Of a stretch of DNA of 32,000 bases, positions 24,155 to 32,000 are shown piece after piece. The notes beneath the pieces are model-generated. The model was not told the origin of the DNA, did not search any database, and was given only the letters and a program-made list of their open reading frames with translations. Made by a program: the position numbers and the translations under genes. The stretch comes from Ignicoccus islandicus DSM 13165. GTDB taxonomy: Archaea; Thermoproteota; Thermoprotei_A; Sulfolobales; Ignicoccaceae. Position 1 is the stretch's first letter. Every line of letters begins with the position of its first letter. The stretch spans positions 150,001-182,000 of the forward strand of contig NZ_CP006867.1 of the NCBI RefSeq assembly GCF_001481685.1, given 5' to 3'.

Positions 24155-24775
24155 AAGCACTTCCCAACGAGGCTCTCCATTAGAGCTCATGGGTTTCCAG
24201 TCAGGTCCCAGCGGTTCACTTGAAAAAACGTTTCCCTTCCTCCAAATTACGTGATAAGGGTCCCCTAAGTGATGGTTGTAAACTACGAACTTCATTTCGG
24301 AAGGTACTAGAGCTATGAAGTTGGCGGATGGCGTTGGCTTTATTCTCTTACTGAGTATATTTACCGCTCTCTCCGTGCCTAGACGCGAAACTAAATTGCC
24401 TAAGAAGCAAGCCAACCTTTCGCTAGAGCTTCTAAAGGCGAGGTTTAGGTCTTTGATAGCTTCTAATGGGAGAGCTACGCCGCCGTTATGTGCCATTACC
24501 ACTCCGTTACAGACGTGAGGCTGTAAGTGATCAATAGATCTCCCCAACTTCTCGGCCCTTCTAGCGTGAACTAAGAACGCTATACCTTCCGGTAACCTAG
24601 TTGGTCTCTCCCAGATGGGGTACAGAGTTTTGAAGACCCTCAGTTGGCCCCTGGAATCGATTACTGCGTATCCCCAGCCATCGGGGTTGGGTTTCCCCTT
24701 AGAGTCCCTTCTAGCTATTTTTACGAATTCGGAAAGATAGCGAGGCTTTCCTAAACCGCCGAGGAGTCGACACAC
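24143..24775 (-). CDS. Class II (Ntn) glutamine amidotransferase, YafJ/EgtC-like
   Basis: 210 aa. The N-terminus MCRLLG supplies the nucleophile Cys2. Other motifs are DGWGYAV, LVHARRA and VMAHNGG. Confidence 0.75.
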   Translation of the reverse strand: MCRLLGGLGKPRYLSEFVKIARRDSKGKPNPDGWGYAVIDSRGQLRVFKTLYPIWERPTRLPEGIAFLVHARRAEKLGRSIDHLQPHVCNGVVMAHNGGVALPLEAIKDLNLAFRSSSERLACFLGNLVSRLGTERAVNILSKRIKPTPSANFIALVPSEMKFVVYNHHLGDPYHVIWRKGNVFSSEPLGPDWKPMSSNGEPRWEVLSLR

Positions 24776-24816
24776 TGTATTATCTCCTTGAAACGGGCGT
24801 ATAGTTGGAAGTCAAA

Positions 24817-25347
24817 TTAAGGTTGTTGAGGCGTTTCATCCATATCCATTGATACCTTCAAGCCATTTATCTTGAAGAATTTGGTTGTAACTAAGGGTAA
24901 GGTCGATTTCACTCCTTCTATCTCACCTATTTCCCTTATCAATCGGAGCAATTCCTTGTGGTTCTTTATCCATACTTCGGCTATTATCGAGTACTTGCCA
25001 GTAACGGCGTACACGTTAACCGTTTGAGATAACTCAGCTATTTTCTCAGCGACCTCTTCAATCCTCTTAGGCTCGACCTCTATCATGAGTTGGACTACTG
25101 CGTTGTAGCCGAGCTTGTAAGGGTTGACTATGGCCGTGTAGAACTCTATTACCTTGTTCTCTTCGAGCCTCTTTATTCTCCTCCTGCTGGCTACGTCGCT
25201 TATCTTTAATTTGTGGGCTATGTCGGTTGTAGTGGTTTTAGCGTTCTTTACTAGAACTTCAATTATGGCCTTATCTTTATCGTCTAGGATAGAATTCTTG
25301 ACGAACCCTATTTCTAAGTCTTTCTGAAGGCGCTTATGGAGAGTCAC
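24817..25347 (-). CDS. Lrp/AsnC-family transcriptional regulator
   Basis: 176 aa starting at GTG. The HTH region is LDDKDKAIIEVLVKNAKTTTTDIAHKLKISDVASRRRIKRLEENKVI, followed by a RAM-like C-terminal domain. Confidence 0.85.
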   Translation of the reverse strand: MTLHKRLQKDLEIGFVKNSILDDKDKAIIEVLVKNAKTTTTDIAHKLKISDVASRRRIKRLEENKVIEFYTAIVNPYKLGYNAVVQLMIEVEPKRIEEVAEKIAELSQTVNVYAVTGKYSIIAEVWIKNHKELLRLIREIGEIEGVKSTLPLVTTKFFKINGLKVSMDMDETPQQP

Positions 25348-25632
25348 GTTGTATCCCTATTTTTACAGCGTAAACAAAGATTTAATGGTTTTCGCTTACC
25401 ACACAGTTAACTGCGTTAGCCCACCTATCCGTATTTATTAATAAACGTGGTTCTGATCTCCAAGTCAGTTTGGAAATTAAATTAACAAATCGTATCTAAC
25501 TACCAATAGTTACTACCGTTGAATGAAACCCTTGAGTTAGGATAATTTATAAATAATAGCTCGATGAGGACGCCCTCCGCTAAAGGGAAGGAATATAGCG
25601 TTCCTTCAAATAAGGTTTGAGGGGACCTAGGC

Positions 25633-26316
25633 TTGGAGGGAGGCTACATAGACTTCGAGGAAGGTAACAAGACCGAGGCAAGCATTGCTGAAATAAACTT
25701 GATAAACACCATAGACGAGATGCTCAAACAATTAATGGAGGAGAACAGGCTAATTTACGTTAACGCTCCCAAGCTAGTCAACATGACTCCCGAAGACGTG
25801 GATTCAGTAGTTAAAGAAGTTAGGAACGTGAAGGAGTCAATAGAGGACTTAAAGGATAGGGCCATGGAATATTTAGCTAGACTACCTTCCGAGCTCATAA
25901 TGAAGGACATATTCGGGCCGATAATACTTCGATTAAACAACGTTAACCAACTAATGGAGGGTTCCTTCTACAGATTCGCGCTCCTCAATAAGAAGAGGAA
26001 GGCCTCTAACTCGCTGGTGGTCAATACTAGGGAACTAGTTGGACTCGTTCTAGACCAACTGAGCGTGTTCTCGAAAGCTCTCAAAATAATGAACGACTAT
26101 CCTAAGGAGGCCTTAAAGGAATTGAGGAAAATAGACGAACTGGAAGACAAGATAGATACGCAATACAGGTCGAACTTATACGAAGTTCTAGAAGAGTCGA
26201 AGGACTGCCCGTGCGCGATACTGACTTGGGAAATACTCGGTAATATAGAGGACGCGTCGGACGAAATAAAGGAGGCTGCCGAGAACTTCAAGTACTACTT
26301 GTTGCACAAGGTGTGA
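25633..26316 (+). CDS. DUF47 / PhoU-like (TIGR00153-type) helical protein
   Basis: 227 aa starting at TTG. Helical repeats carry the E-x-x-D signature (IDELEDKIDTQYRSNLYEVL, GNIEDASDEIKEAAENF). Confidence 0.55.
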   Translation: MEGGYIDFEEGNKTEASIAEINLINTIDEMLKQLMEENRLIYVNAPKLVNMTPEDVDSVVKEVRNVKESIEDLKDRAMEYLARLPSELIMKDIFGPIILRLNNVNQLMEGSFYRFALLNKKRKASNSLVVNTRELVGLVLDQLSVFSKALKIMNDYPKEALKELRKIDELEDKIDTQYRSNLYEVLEESKDCPCAILTWEILGNIEDASDEIKEAAENFKYYLLHKV

Positions 26317-26322
26317 GAAGTA

Positions 26323-26868
26323 GTGAAGGGAATAAGGGCCTACGTGGTAGGCGATAGATCAGTAGTATTGGAAGAAGACGCTGCTAAGAAGCTATATTGG
26401 GATGGCTTCTTCGGACACCCGTTTACTACTCCGAAACCAAAAACTCAGGAGGACGTCAAACCTCCTCTGGTCCTATCTCCTTTGGAAACAATATATTTAA
26501 CCGAGAAAGGAGTTCTGAGACCTATTGACGTGAAGAGCGGGAAGGAATTGAGTCTAGAAGATCTGTGGAAAATGTGGGGTTCGGAAGACGTCAAGTTAAC
26601 TTACTCGGTATATAAGGAGCTGAGGGACATGGGATTCGTAGTTAGATCTGGACTCAAATACGGTTCCGATTTCGCGGTCTATGAGTTCGGTCCCGGAATA
26701 GATCACGCCCCCTTCTTAGTAGACGTTAAGAAAGCCGACGAAGAGATAGACCCTGCTGAAATGGTTAGGTCGGGAAGAATGGCACACGGTGTTAAGAAGA
26801 GATTGATCTTCTCAATAGTGAAGGGCGATAAGATCAATCACATCGTTTTTAAATGGGTCCTACCCTAA
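26323..26868 (+). CDS. endA: tRNA-splicing endonuclease, catalytic subunit
   Basis: 181 aa starting at GTG. The catalytic region is LKYGSDFAVYEFGPGIDHAPFLVDV (Tyr and His), with a downstream KKRLIFSIV (Lys). Confidence 0.85.
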   Translation: MKGIRAYVVGDRSVVLEEDAAKKLYWDGFFGHPFTTPKPKTQEDVKPPLVLSPLETIYLTEKGVLRPIDVKSGKELSLEDLWKMWGSEDVKLTYSVYKELRDMGFVVRSGLKYGSDFAVYEFGPGIDHAPFLVDVKKADEEIDPAEMVRSGRMAHGVKKRLIFSIVKGDKINHIVFKWVLP

Positions 26869-26898
26869 GAGGGCATAGGCAAAACCCTCCCGACAACG

Positions 26899-27273
26899 GT
26901 GAGTACCTTGAGTTACAAGCGCCGTGGTGGCAGGAGAGAGGGAAGGGAACCTACTCCAAAGCCTATAGGCGATAAGTGTAACCCAGCTTGTCCCTTCTTC
27001 AGATGTTCACAGAACGCGCTCATGTACACGAAGAAGTACGTGAAGGGAAGGGTAATAACGGTAGTAATGTGTAGATTGGTTGGCGATAAGTGCATAGGTT
27101 ACAACTGTCAGTACGCATATTGCCAAAAGAGGTACTTGTTGCCGGACGGCCGCTGCTCGTGGGCATTGAGGAAGGAGGAAAAGGAGGAGGACTTCCTTAG
27201 CGATCTCGAAAAAGAAGAGAAGGAGTTCAAGAGGTTGGGTAAAAAGGTGAAAGGTTTTGACGACTTCTACTAA
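26899..27273 (+). CDS. Small Cys-rich protein (8 Cys, duplicated GDKC module) with a basic N-terminus and Lys/Glu-rich tail
   Basis: 124 aa starting at GTG. IGDKCNPACPFFRC and VGDKCIGYNCQYAYC are two tri-Cys modules, with additional Cys at positions 58 and 86. It overlaps the ABC ATPase start by 17 nt. Confidence 0.55.
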   Translation: MSTLSYKRRGGRREGREPTPKPIGDKCNPACPFFRCSQNALMYTKKYVKGRVITVVMCRLVGDKCIGYNCQYAYCQKRYLLPDGRCSWALRKEEKEEDFLSDLEKEEKEFKRLGKKVKGFDDFY

Positions 27274-28042
27274 GGTAGTCTCGTTCGACGACGTATGGGT
27301 GAAATACGATAGGGAATATGCCCTTCAAGGCGTGACTTTCGATGTTCCCGAAAAGGACTTCTTAGTCGTCTTGGGCCCTAACGGTGCCGGTAAGACCACC
27401 TTACTTAAGACAATTCTCGGTGTAGTTAAGCCTGCAAAAGGAAGGGTACTGGTTTTTGGTAAGGAACCTTGGGCTCATAGAGACGTAATAGTTAATTACG
27501 TAGGCTATGTTCCACAAAGAGAACATATTAATGAGAAAGTGCCGCTCAAAGTGATAGACGTAGTTATGATGGGCTTGACTGTGAAGAAGTTTTTCTTTAA
27601 CAAGAAAAAGGCCTACGAGAAGGCAATCGAGGTTCTCCAGTACGTTGGACTCAAAGACTTAGCTTTTAAGAACTTCAACGAACTATCCGGAGGTCAAAAG
27701 CAGAGAGTATTAATTGCAAGGGCCATAATCAGCGATCCTAAACTATTGCTGCTGGACGAACCCTTCTCCGCTCTAGACGCGAATAGCTCTAGGTTAGTCT
27801 CTTCCCTATTAAAGAGGTTAAACGATGAAGGGAAAACTATAATATTGGTAACTCACACTTTGGATCCGGTATTTAATGTAATGAAGAGATTGCTCCTATT
27901 GAATAAAAAGTTAATAGCTATAGGTCCTCCCAAGGAGGTTCTAACACCTGAGAACTTAAAGAAGGCATATGGAATAGAAGTACCGGTAGTTACTTACAAT
28001 AACACGTGCTATCCTATTCTCGGTGACCAGCATGGAAGGTAG
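27257..28042 (+). CDS. Metal (Zn/Mn-type) ABC transporter ATP-binding protein
   Basis: 261 aa starting at TTG. Walker A GPNGAGKTTLLK, YVPQ, signature LSGGQKQRVLIARA, and Walker B LLLLDEP. Confidence 0.85.
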   Translation: MTTSTKVVSFDDVWVKYDREYALQGVTFDVPEKDFLVVLGPNGAGKTTLLKTILGVVKPAKGRVLVFGKEPWAHRDVIVNYVGYVPQREHINEKVPLKVIDVVMMGLTVKKFFFNKKKAYEKAIEVLQYVGLKDLAFKNFNELSGGQKQRVLIARAIISDPKLLLLDEPFSALDANSSRLVSSLLKRLNDEGKTIILVTHTLDPVFNVMKRLLLLNKKLIAIGPPKEVLTPENLKKAYGIEVPVVTYNNTCYPILGDQHGR

Positions 28043-28790
28043 TATGTTCGTAGTCTCACTAATATCGGCGTGGGCTCTCCTTAGATTGGGGAAATTTCTG
28101 GTTCCCATGAGTTCCGGTTTCGTAATCCCAATAAGTTCCGAGATGCTCTTCGCTGTAGCGATGATCTCGTTCTTGTGTTGCCCTAAGCTCCTTCTCGTAA
28201 TGATTGCATTGGCTGGCCCCTTACTGTCGTTTCTATATTTCAAGAGAAGTTCGTCCAACCTCATACTCTTAAAGTCAATGGCTTATTCCATTTCGATAAT
28301 AGGTGCTGCCTTCGTAGATTACAGCTATTATAGCACAATAGAATCTTTCGTAACTGGCTTCCTTTACCCAACGCCGGAACTAATTTCCTTAAGCATTATC
28401 GTTTTCTTACTAGCGATATTGCTTAAGGTTTTCGAGTATCCAATCAACTTCTCGCTCTTCGATATGGAATATAGTCAAATAAAGGGTCTTAAACCGAAAT
28501 TGTGGCTTACGTTAGTATACGTTTCAGCTGCCTACGTGGGGGCCCAACTAACGTTCTTCCAAGGCTTCCTGTTAGCACACGTAACCTCGCTTAGCTTACT
28601 GGTAGTCGGATATCTATTAAGAGAGTTGAGGAGCGAAATAACGGCCCTACTCGTCTTCGCAGTTGTTAACTACGTTAGTGGAATTTACCTCCCCTTAGCC
28701 TACTCTTCCGCGGTATCTTCAGTTGCGTTGCTACTACTGTGGCAGGCCCGCGAAAAGGCGTTGCCCAACGTGCGGAAGACCCTTATGTGA
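28023..28790 (+). CDS. ABC-3 family (ZnuB/MntB-like) transporter permease
   Basis: 255 aa starting at GTG and overlapping the ATPase gene by 20 nt. It is polytopic, and FDMEYSQIKGLKPKLW matches the ABC-3 cytoplasmic-loop motif (FDxExAxxxG). Confidence 0.7.
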   Translation: MTSMEGSMFVVSLISAWALLRLGKFLVPMSSGFVIPISSEMLFAVAMISFLCCPKLLLVMIALAGPLLSFLYFKRSSSNLILLKSMAYSISIIGAAFVDYSYYSTIESFVTGFLYPTPELISLSIIVFLLAILLKVFEYPINFSLFDMEYSQIKGLKPKLWLTLVYVSAAYVGAQLTFFQGFLLAHVTSLSLLVVGYLLRELRSEITALLVFAVVNYVSGIYLPLAYSSAVSSVALLLLWQAREKALPNVRKTLM

Positions 28791-29049
28791 AAGGCACGAT
28801 TGTTACGCGTGCTCGAGAGGTAAGTGCGAAATTTGCGGTAAGGAACTGGCTATAGGTAGGTGTTACTATTGCGGTAGATTGATTTGCAGGAACTGCAGCG
28901 TCGAGCTATCTCCGGGCATAAGGGCTTGCAAGGAATGTTATTCCAAGAGGGACTACCTCGAAAGGAACAACGATCAATTGGAACTTTACGAACGATGGGT
29001 GGAAGGGAAGGTTAGAAGACTAACTCTTCTTTTGTATAGATTAGAATAG
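28723..29049 (+). CDS. Multi-CxxC zinc-ribbon protein
   Basis: 108 aa starting at TTG. It has 15 Cys arranged as seven CxxC pairs (CYYC, CPTC, CYAC, CEIC, CYYC, CRNC, CKEC). It overlaps the permease 3' end by 68 nt and the convergent PhoU gene by 38 nt. Confidence 0.5.
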   Translation: MRCYYCGRPAKRRCPTCGRPLCERHDCYACSRGKCEICGKELAIGRCYYCGRLICRNCSVELSPGIRACKECYSKRDYLERNNDQLELYERWVEGKVRRLTLLLYRLE

Positions 29050-29947
29050 ATGCGTTGGCGTCGTAGAGGGATAAGAGCAAGTTCTTTACGTGGTTCACTA
29101 CGTGAAGGATCCTATATTTCAGTGTCTCATCTATTTCCCTTTCCACTATGCTCGCTTCTATGTGTTCAATCAGTTCTATTCTATCATTTATATCTTTTAA
29201 GCTCGTCTGCCCAAGCTTCATTTCCCTAACGAACTCCAATATCTCCACTAGCGAGTTTAATACGTCCATAACTAACCTGGACTTACCTTCTATTACTCTG
29301 GCCAATGGTATTACGGAATCGGAAGCGTTCTCAAGGCTCGTGAACAGTTTGGATAGGTGAATTGATTGTTGCTTCGAGAGATCGGGATTCGTTATTAACA
29401 TCCTCATGCCGAGCCGACTGAGCTTGTCTATCTCGTTTTCAATATCTTCCAAGAACTTAATGTCAATTTGGTTTTCGCCTAAGTGTTTTATCATCGAAAT
29501 TAGGAACTTAAGGGACCTGTTTACAAGCGATGGTACATCGTGAGACCTTATGTCGGTGAAAGTCTGGAGAACTATCCTATCAAGCGATTGATCTACTATC
29601 TCTAGTCCAATTAATCTAGAGGTCGCTTCCTTCGCCTGCTTTATTGCTTCCTTCAACAAGCTAACGTCTTCCACTTCTACAGAGATTTCAGTGGCTCCGT
29701 TAATGTAGGCCGAGACTATAGTTCTGTAAACGATGTTGTTCTCAGCGCTCTTAACCCTCAGCTTCACTGTGAGCTTAGATGAAGTCGTTTCGCCGCTTGG
29801 AGCTATTATTATTTCATTCTCCCCAATATATAGAGTTAGGGTGTCGCCGGCCTTCAGTTTCTTCCTTTTTATCCATTCAGCGGGCAACGAGACTACTAAG
29901 GTAGACTTCCCTAACTTCACTAACTTACGTTGTTCGATTGAGGCCAA
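29012..29947 (-). CDS. AbrB/SpoVT-domain plus PhoU-domain regulator (archaeal PhoU homolog)
   Basis: 311 aa. The N-terminal RKLVKLGKSTLVVSLPAEWIKRKKLKAGDTLTL is a SpoVT-AbrB swapped-hairpin. It is followed by two PhoU-like helical repeats (DIENEIDKL, LENASDSV). Confidence 0.75.
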   Translation of the reverse strand: MASIEQRKLVKLGKSTLVVSLPAEWIKRKKLKAGDTLTLYIGENEIIIAPSGETTSSKLTVKLRVKSAENNIVYRTIVSAYINGATEISVEVEDVSLLKEAIKQAKEATSRLIGLEIVDQSLDRIVLQTFTDIRSHDVPSLVNRSLKFLISMIKHLGENQIDIKFLEDIENEIDKLSRLGMRMLITNPDLSKQQSIHLSKLFTSLENASDSVIPLARVIEGKSRLVMDVLNSLVEILEFVREMKLGQTSLKDINDRIELIEHIEASIVEREIDETLKYRILHVVNHVKNLLLSLYDANASILIYTKEELVF

Positions 29948-30028
29948 TGCACCTCACTCTCTGTCACGATATTCCCTAAGGTCCCATTTTAATCTACCTT
30001 CTGATTTTTACTTCCACCGGAATGGGAC

Positions 30029-30274
30029 ATGGAAGAGGTAGATCTTCTATTCATAGAAGGTCTGGCATTAAACGGATTAGTTGAAGACGCTAAAGTGATA
30101 GAAGAAGGTGGTAAGGCCAGGCTGTGGGTAAGAACTATTGATGGGAAAGAGTACGTAAGCAAGAGGGACGATCCGGGAAGCGTTAGGAAATCCTACTTCT
30201 TAGTTAGAGTTTATAGTCAGTGGGGTAAACTAATAAATCAGCCGATGAAGAGTGGTATTACCAGTGATCGATGA
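30029..30274 (+). CDS. Hypothetical small protein
   Basis: 81 aa starting at ATG. It fills an otherwise empty 395-bp gap. No motif recognised. Confidence 0.4.
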   Translation: MEEVDLLFIEGLALNGLVEDAKVIEEGGKARLWVRTIDGKEYVSKRDDPGSVRKSYFLVRVYSQWGKLINQPMKSGITSDR

Positions 30275-30342
30275 GCAGTGCCCCTCCCCTGAGGGATCTT
30301 CTTTTTATTAATCTAAACAATTAGAGAGAAACGGTAGGAAGC

Positions 30343-31716
30343 TTGGGAAGGCTCTTCGGTACAGATGGGGTCCGCGGAATAGTAAATGAGAGCATGACCC
30401 CGGAATTGGCTATGAAAGTTGCTCAAGCCACGTGTACGTGGTTCGGAAAGGGCAAGGTTCTGGTAGGCAGGGACGTAAGGTATGGTGGAGACATGTTAGT
30501 TAACGCAGTAAGCGCCGGGCTATTGTCGGCCGGATGCGAAGTTTACTACGCGGGCTTAGTCCCTACGCCCGCTTTACAATACGCTGTTCCGAGACTTGGG
30601 TACGATTTGGGAATAATGGTCACTGCTTCTCACAACCCACCTCCATACAACGGGGTTAAGGTAATAGGAAGTAATGGAGTCGAACTCCCTAGGGAATCTG
30701 AAAGAGAGATAGAGGAAATATTCTTCAATGAAAGATTCGTTCGCGTACCATTCAACCTAGTTAAGGGATGGAAGGAAGAAAAGAGGGTCTTGGAGACTTA
30801 CGTAAAGGGAATACTTAAAGAGGTAGACGATAGTCTGATTAAGAAGAAGGAGTTCAAGGTCGTAGTAGACGGAGCCAATAGCGTGGGATCCCTCGCGACT
30901 CCGGTCGTCTTGAGGGCCCTGGGCGTCAAAGTATTGTGCGTTAACTGTAACTTGGACCCATCGTTTCCAGGTAGGGAACCAGAGCCTACACCTACTTCCT
31001 TAACCGACACCTCAGCTATGGCCGTCGCCGCTGGAGCCGACTTGATAGTGGCTCACGACGCCGATGCCGATAGGGCAATCATAGGGGACGACAGAGGCGA
31101 AATTTACTGGGGAGATAGGAGCGGTTCTTTACTAACCTACTTCTTATCAAGAAAGTACCCCCACTTGCCTAGGAGGACGTTCACTGGGGTATCTTCGTCC
31201 CACTTCGTCGTGGAGGGATTCCTAAAGGAGAAAGGAATTGAAGTTAGGTGGACGCCCGTAGGCAGCGTCGTGATTTCACATACCCTAATAAAAGAAGGGG
31301 GCATTAGTGGATTCGAGGAAAACGGAGGTTTCATCAACCCCGTTCACCACCCCGTTAGAGACGGCGCAATGACTGCCGCTTCGTTCCTAGAGATGATGGC
31401 AATTGAAGGCAAGAAGGCGTCCGAGCTCTTCTCGGAACTACCTAAAGCGTACGCTAAGAAAGGCAAGGTACCTAGGCCTGAGAAGTTGAACCTAGAGAAG
31501 CTTTACGAAGAGCTGTCGTCAACTTACAGTAGTTGCGAGCAGTGGAGAATAGACGGCCTCAAGGTGGTTTGCGAAGACTTCTGGTTCCTAGTGAGGCCAT
31601 CTGGTACAGAGCCCGTATTGAGGATAATGGTAGAGACTAGGGATCCGAGAACGCTCGATGAGACGTATAGGAACGTTGAGGCTACTGTCTTGAAGTACCT
31701 CCAAGGGACTCCCTGA
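30343..31716 (+). CDS. glmM: Phosphohexomutase, archaeal phosphoglucosamine mutase-like
   Basis: 457 aa starting at TTG. Motifs are LFGTDGVRG, phosphoserine loop TASHNPPPYNG, metal loop HDADADR, sugar loop GFEENGG and phosphate loop RPSGTEP. Substrate specificity (GlcN vs Man/Glc) cannot be fixed from sequence alone. Confidence 0.8.
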   Translation: MGRLFGTDGVRGIVNESMTPELAMKVAQATCTWFGKGKVLVGRDVRYGGDMLVNAVSAGLLSAGCEVYYAGLVPTPALQYAVPRLGYDLGIMVTASHNPPPYNGVKVIGSNGVELPRESEREIEEIFFNERFVRVPFNLVKGWKEEKRVLETYVKGILKEVDDSLIKKKEFKVVVDGANSVGSLATPVVLRALGVKVLCVNCNLDPSFPGREPEPTPTSLTDTSAMAVAAGADLIVAHDADADRAIIGDDRGEIYWGDRSGSLLTYFLSRKYPHLPRRTFTGVSSSHFVVEGFLKEKGIEVRWTPVGSVVISHTLIKEGGISGFEENGGFINPVHHPVRDGAMTAASFLEMMAIEGKKASELFSELPKAYAKKGKVPRPEKLNLEKLYEELSSTYSSCEQWRIDGLKVVCEDFWFLVRPSGTEPVLRIMVETRDPRTLDETYRNVEATVLKYLQGTP

Positions 31717-32000
31717 AGTAAGCCCCACCGCAGAGAGGTATGCCGTAGGTCTTCTTCCTAGTTTTCAAACACAATCCGGTTGTCTTCGAATAGTATAAGC
31801 ATTTTTCGCACCCGCCCTTGCTCACGAGCTCTATTAATTGCTTCAGTTTCTCAATGCACCAGTCCAATTTCTCCAAGACAGACTTAAGTAGCGGCGCTAC
31901 TAAGCAACACTGAGTACCCTTAGAGCACTCCTTGACGCTTTTCTTGAAAACGCCCTCTAGATCCTTCCTAAGGCTTTCAATTTGGGTTACAATGAATTCC
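31682..32000 (-). CDS. Cys-rich hypothetical protein, 5' end truncated by the window edge
   Basis: The reading frame stays open from 32000 down to the stop at 31682 (...ECSKGTQCCLVAPLLKSVLEKLDWCIEKL...GGCEKCLYYSKTTGLCLKTRKKTYGIPLCGG...). It overlaps the glmM 3' end by 35 nt. Confidence 0.45.
   Translation of the reverse strand, partial: EFIVTQIESLRKDLEGVFKKSVKECSKGTQCCLVAPLLKSVLEKLDWCIEKLKQLIELVSKGGCEKCLYYSKTTGLCLKTRKKTYGIPLCGGAYFRESLGGTSRQ

Noticed and set aside
25563-25620. C/D box-like sRNA candidate (GATGAGG ... TTGA, about 58 nt)
   Set aside because: It has only a partial C box, no CUGA D or D' boxes, and no C' box. The region is better described as a leader with a hairpin.
1-32000. 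CRISPR arrays, rRNA genes and IS elements
   Set aside because: I saw no regularly spaced short repeats, no rRNA-like conserved blocks, and no terminal inverted repeats flanking transposase-like ORFs. The only long repeat found by eye is the 142-bp pair at 18776 and 19478.

Overview
Gene-dense chromosomal segment that looks archaeal, most likely from a thermophilic crenarchaeote/TACK-type organism. The supporting signals are an initiator tRNA with an A1:U72 acceptor, a tRNA intron at position 37/38, the genes endA, purP, taw3 and an archaeal-type glmM, A/T-rich TATA boxes about 27 nt upstream of tRNA 5' ends, many GTG/TTG starts, and short gene overlaps.

I can support three tRNA genes: His-GUG with an intron, Gly-CCC and initiator Met. 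I also list 41 coding regions.

- **Confident calls:** isoleucyl-tRNA synthetase, PurP, Taw3, tRNA-splicing endonuclease, a phosphohexomutase (GlmM-like), an OSBS/NAAAR-type enolase-superfamily enzyme, an Lrp/AsnC regulator, a class II glutamine amidotransferase, an SDR, a TrxR-fold flavoprotein, a LOG/TIGR00725-like protein, a ZnuC/ZnuB-type ABC-3 transporter pair, and two PhoU-family proteins.
- **Not seen:** rRNA, CRISPR arrays, transposases or integrases.

The loci most worth a second look:

1. A PIN-domain gene is bracketed by two paralogous small genes whose 3' parts form a perfect 142-bp direct repeat (18776-18917 and 19478-19619).
2. A two-gene cassette on the minus strand (3455-5539) pairs a minimal ABC/SMC-head-like ATPase with an orphan 396-aa protein showing a degenerate primase-like motif pattern.
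3. One polypeptide (644-2164) fuses thioredoxin (CPVC), a CxxCH cytochrome c-like module and a CcdA/DsbD membrane domain.
4. A metal ABC transporter has no binding-protein gene but is overlapped at both ends by small Cys-rich ORFs (26899-29049).
5. A membrane-anchored protein is about 32 percent threonine (19839-20573).
6. Complementary leader and trailer G/C blocks flank the initiator tRNA (10387-10490).

All functional calls come from by-eye motif recognition on the supplied translations. No database search was run.
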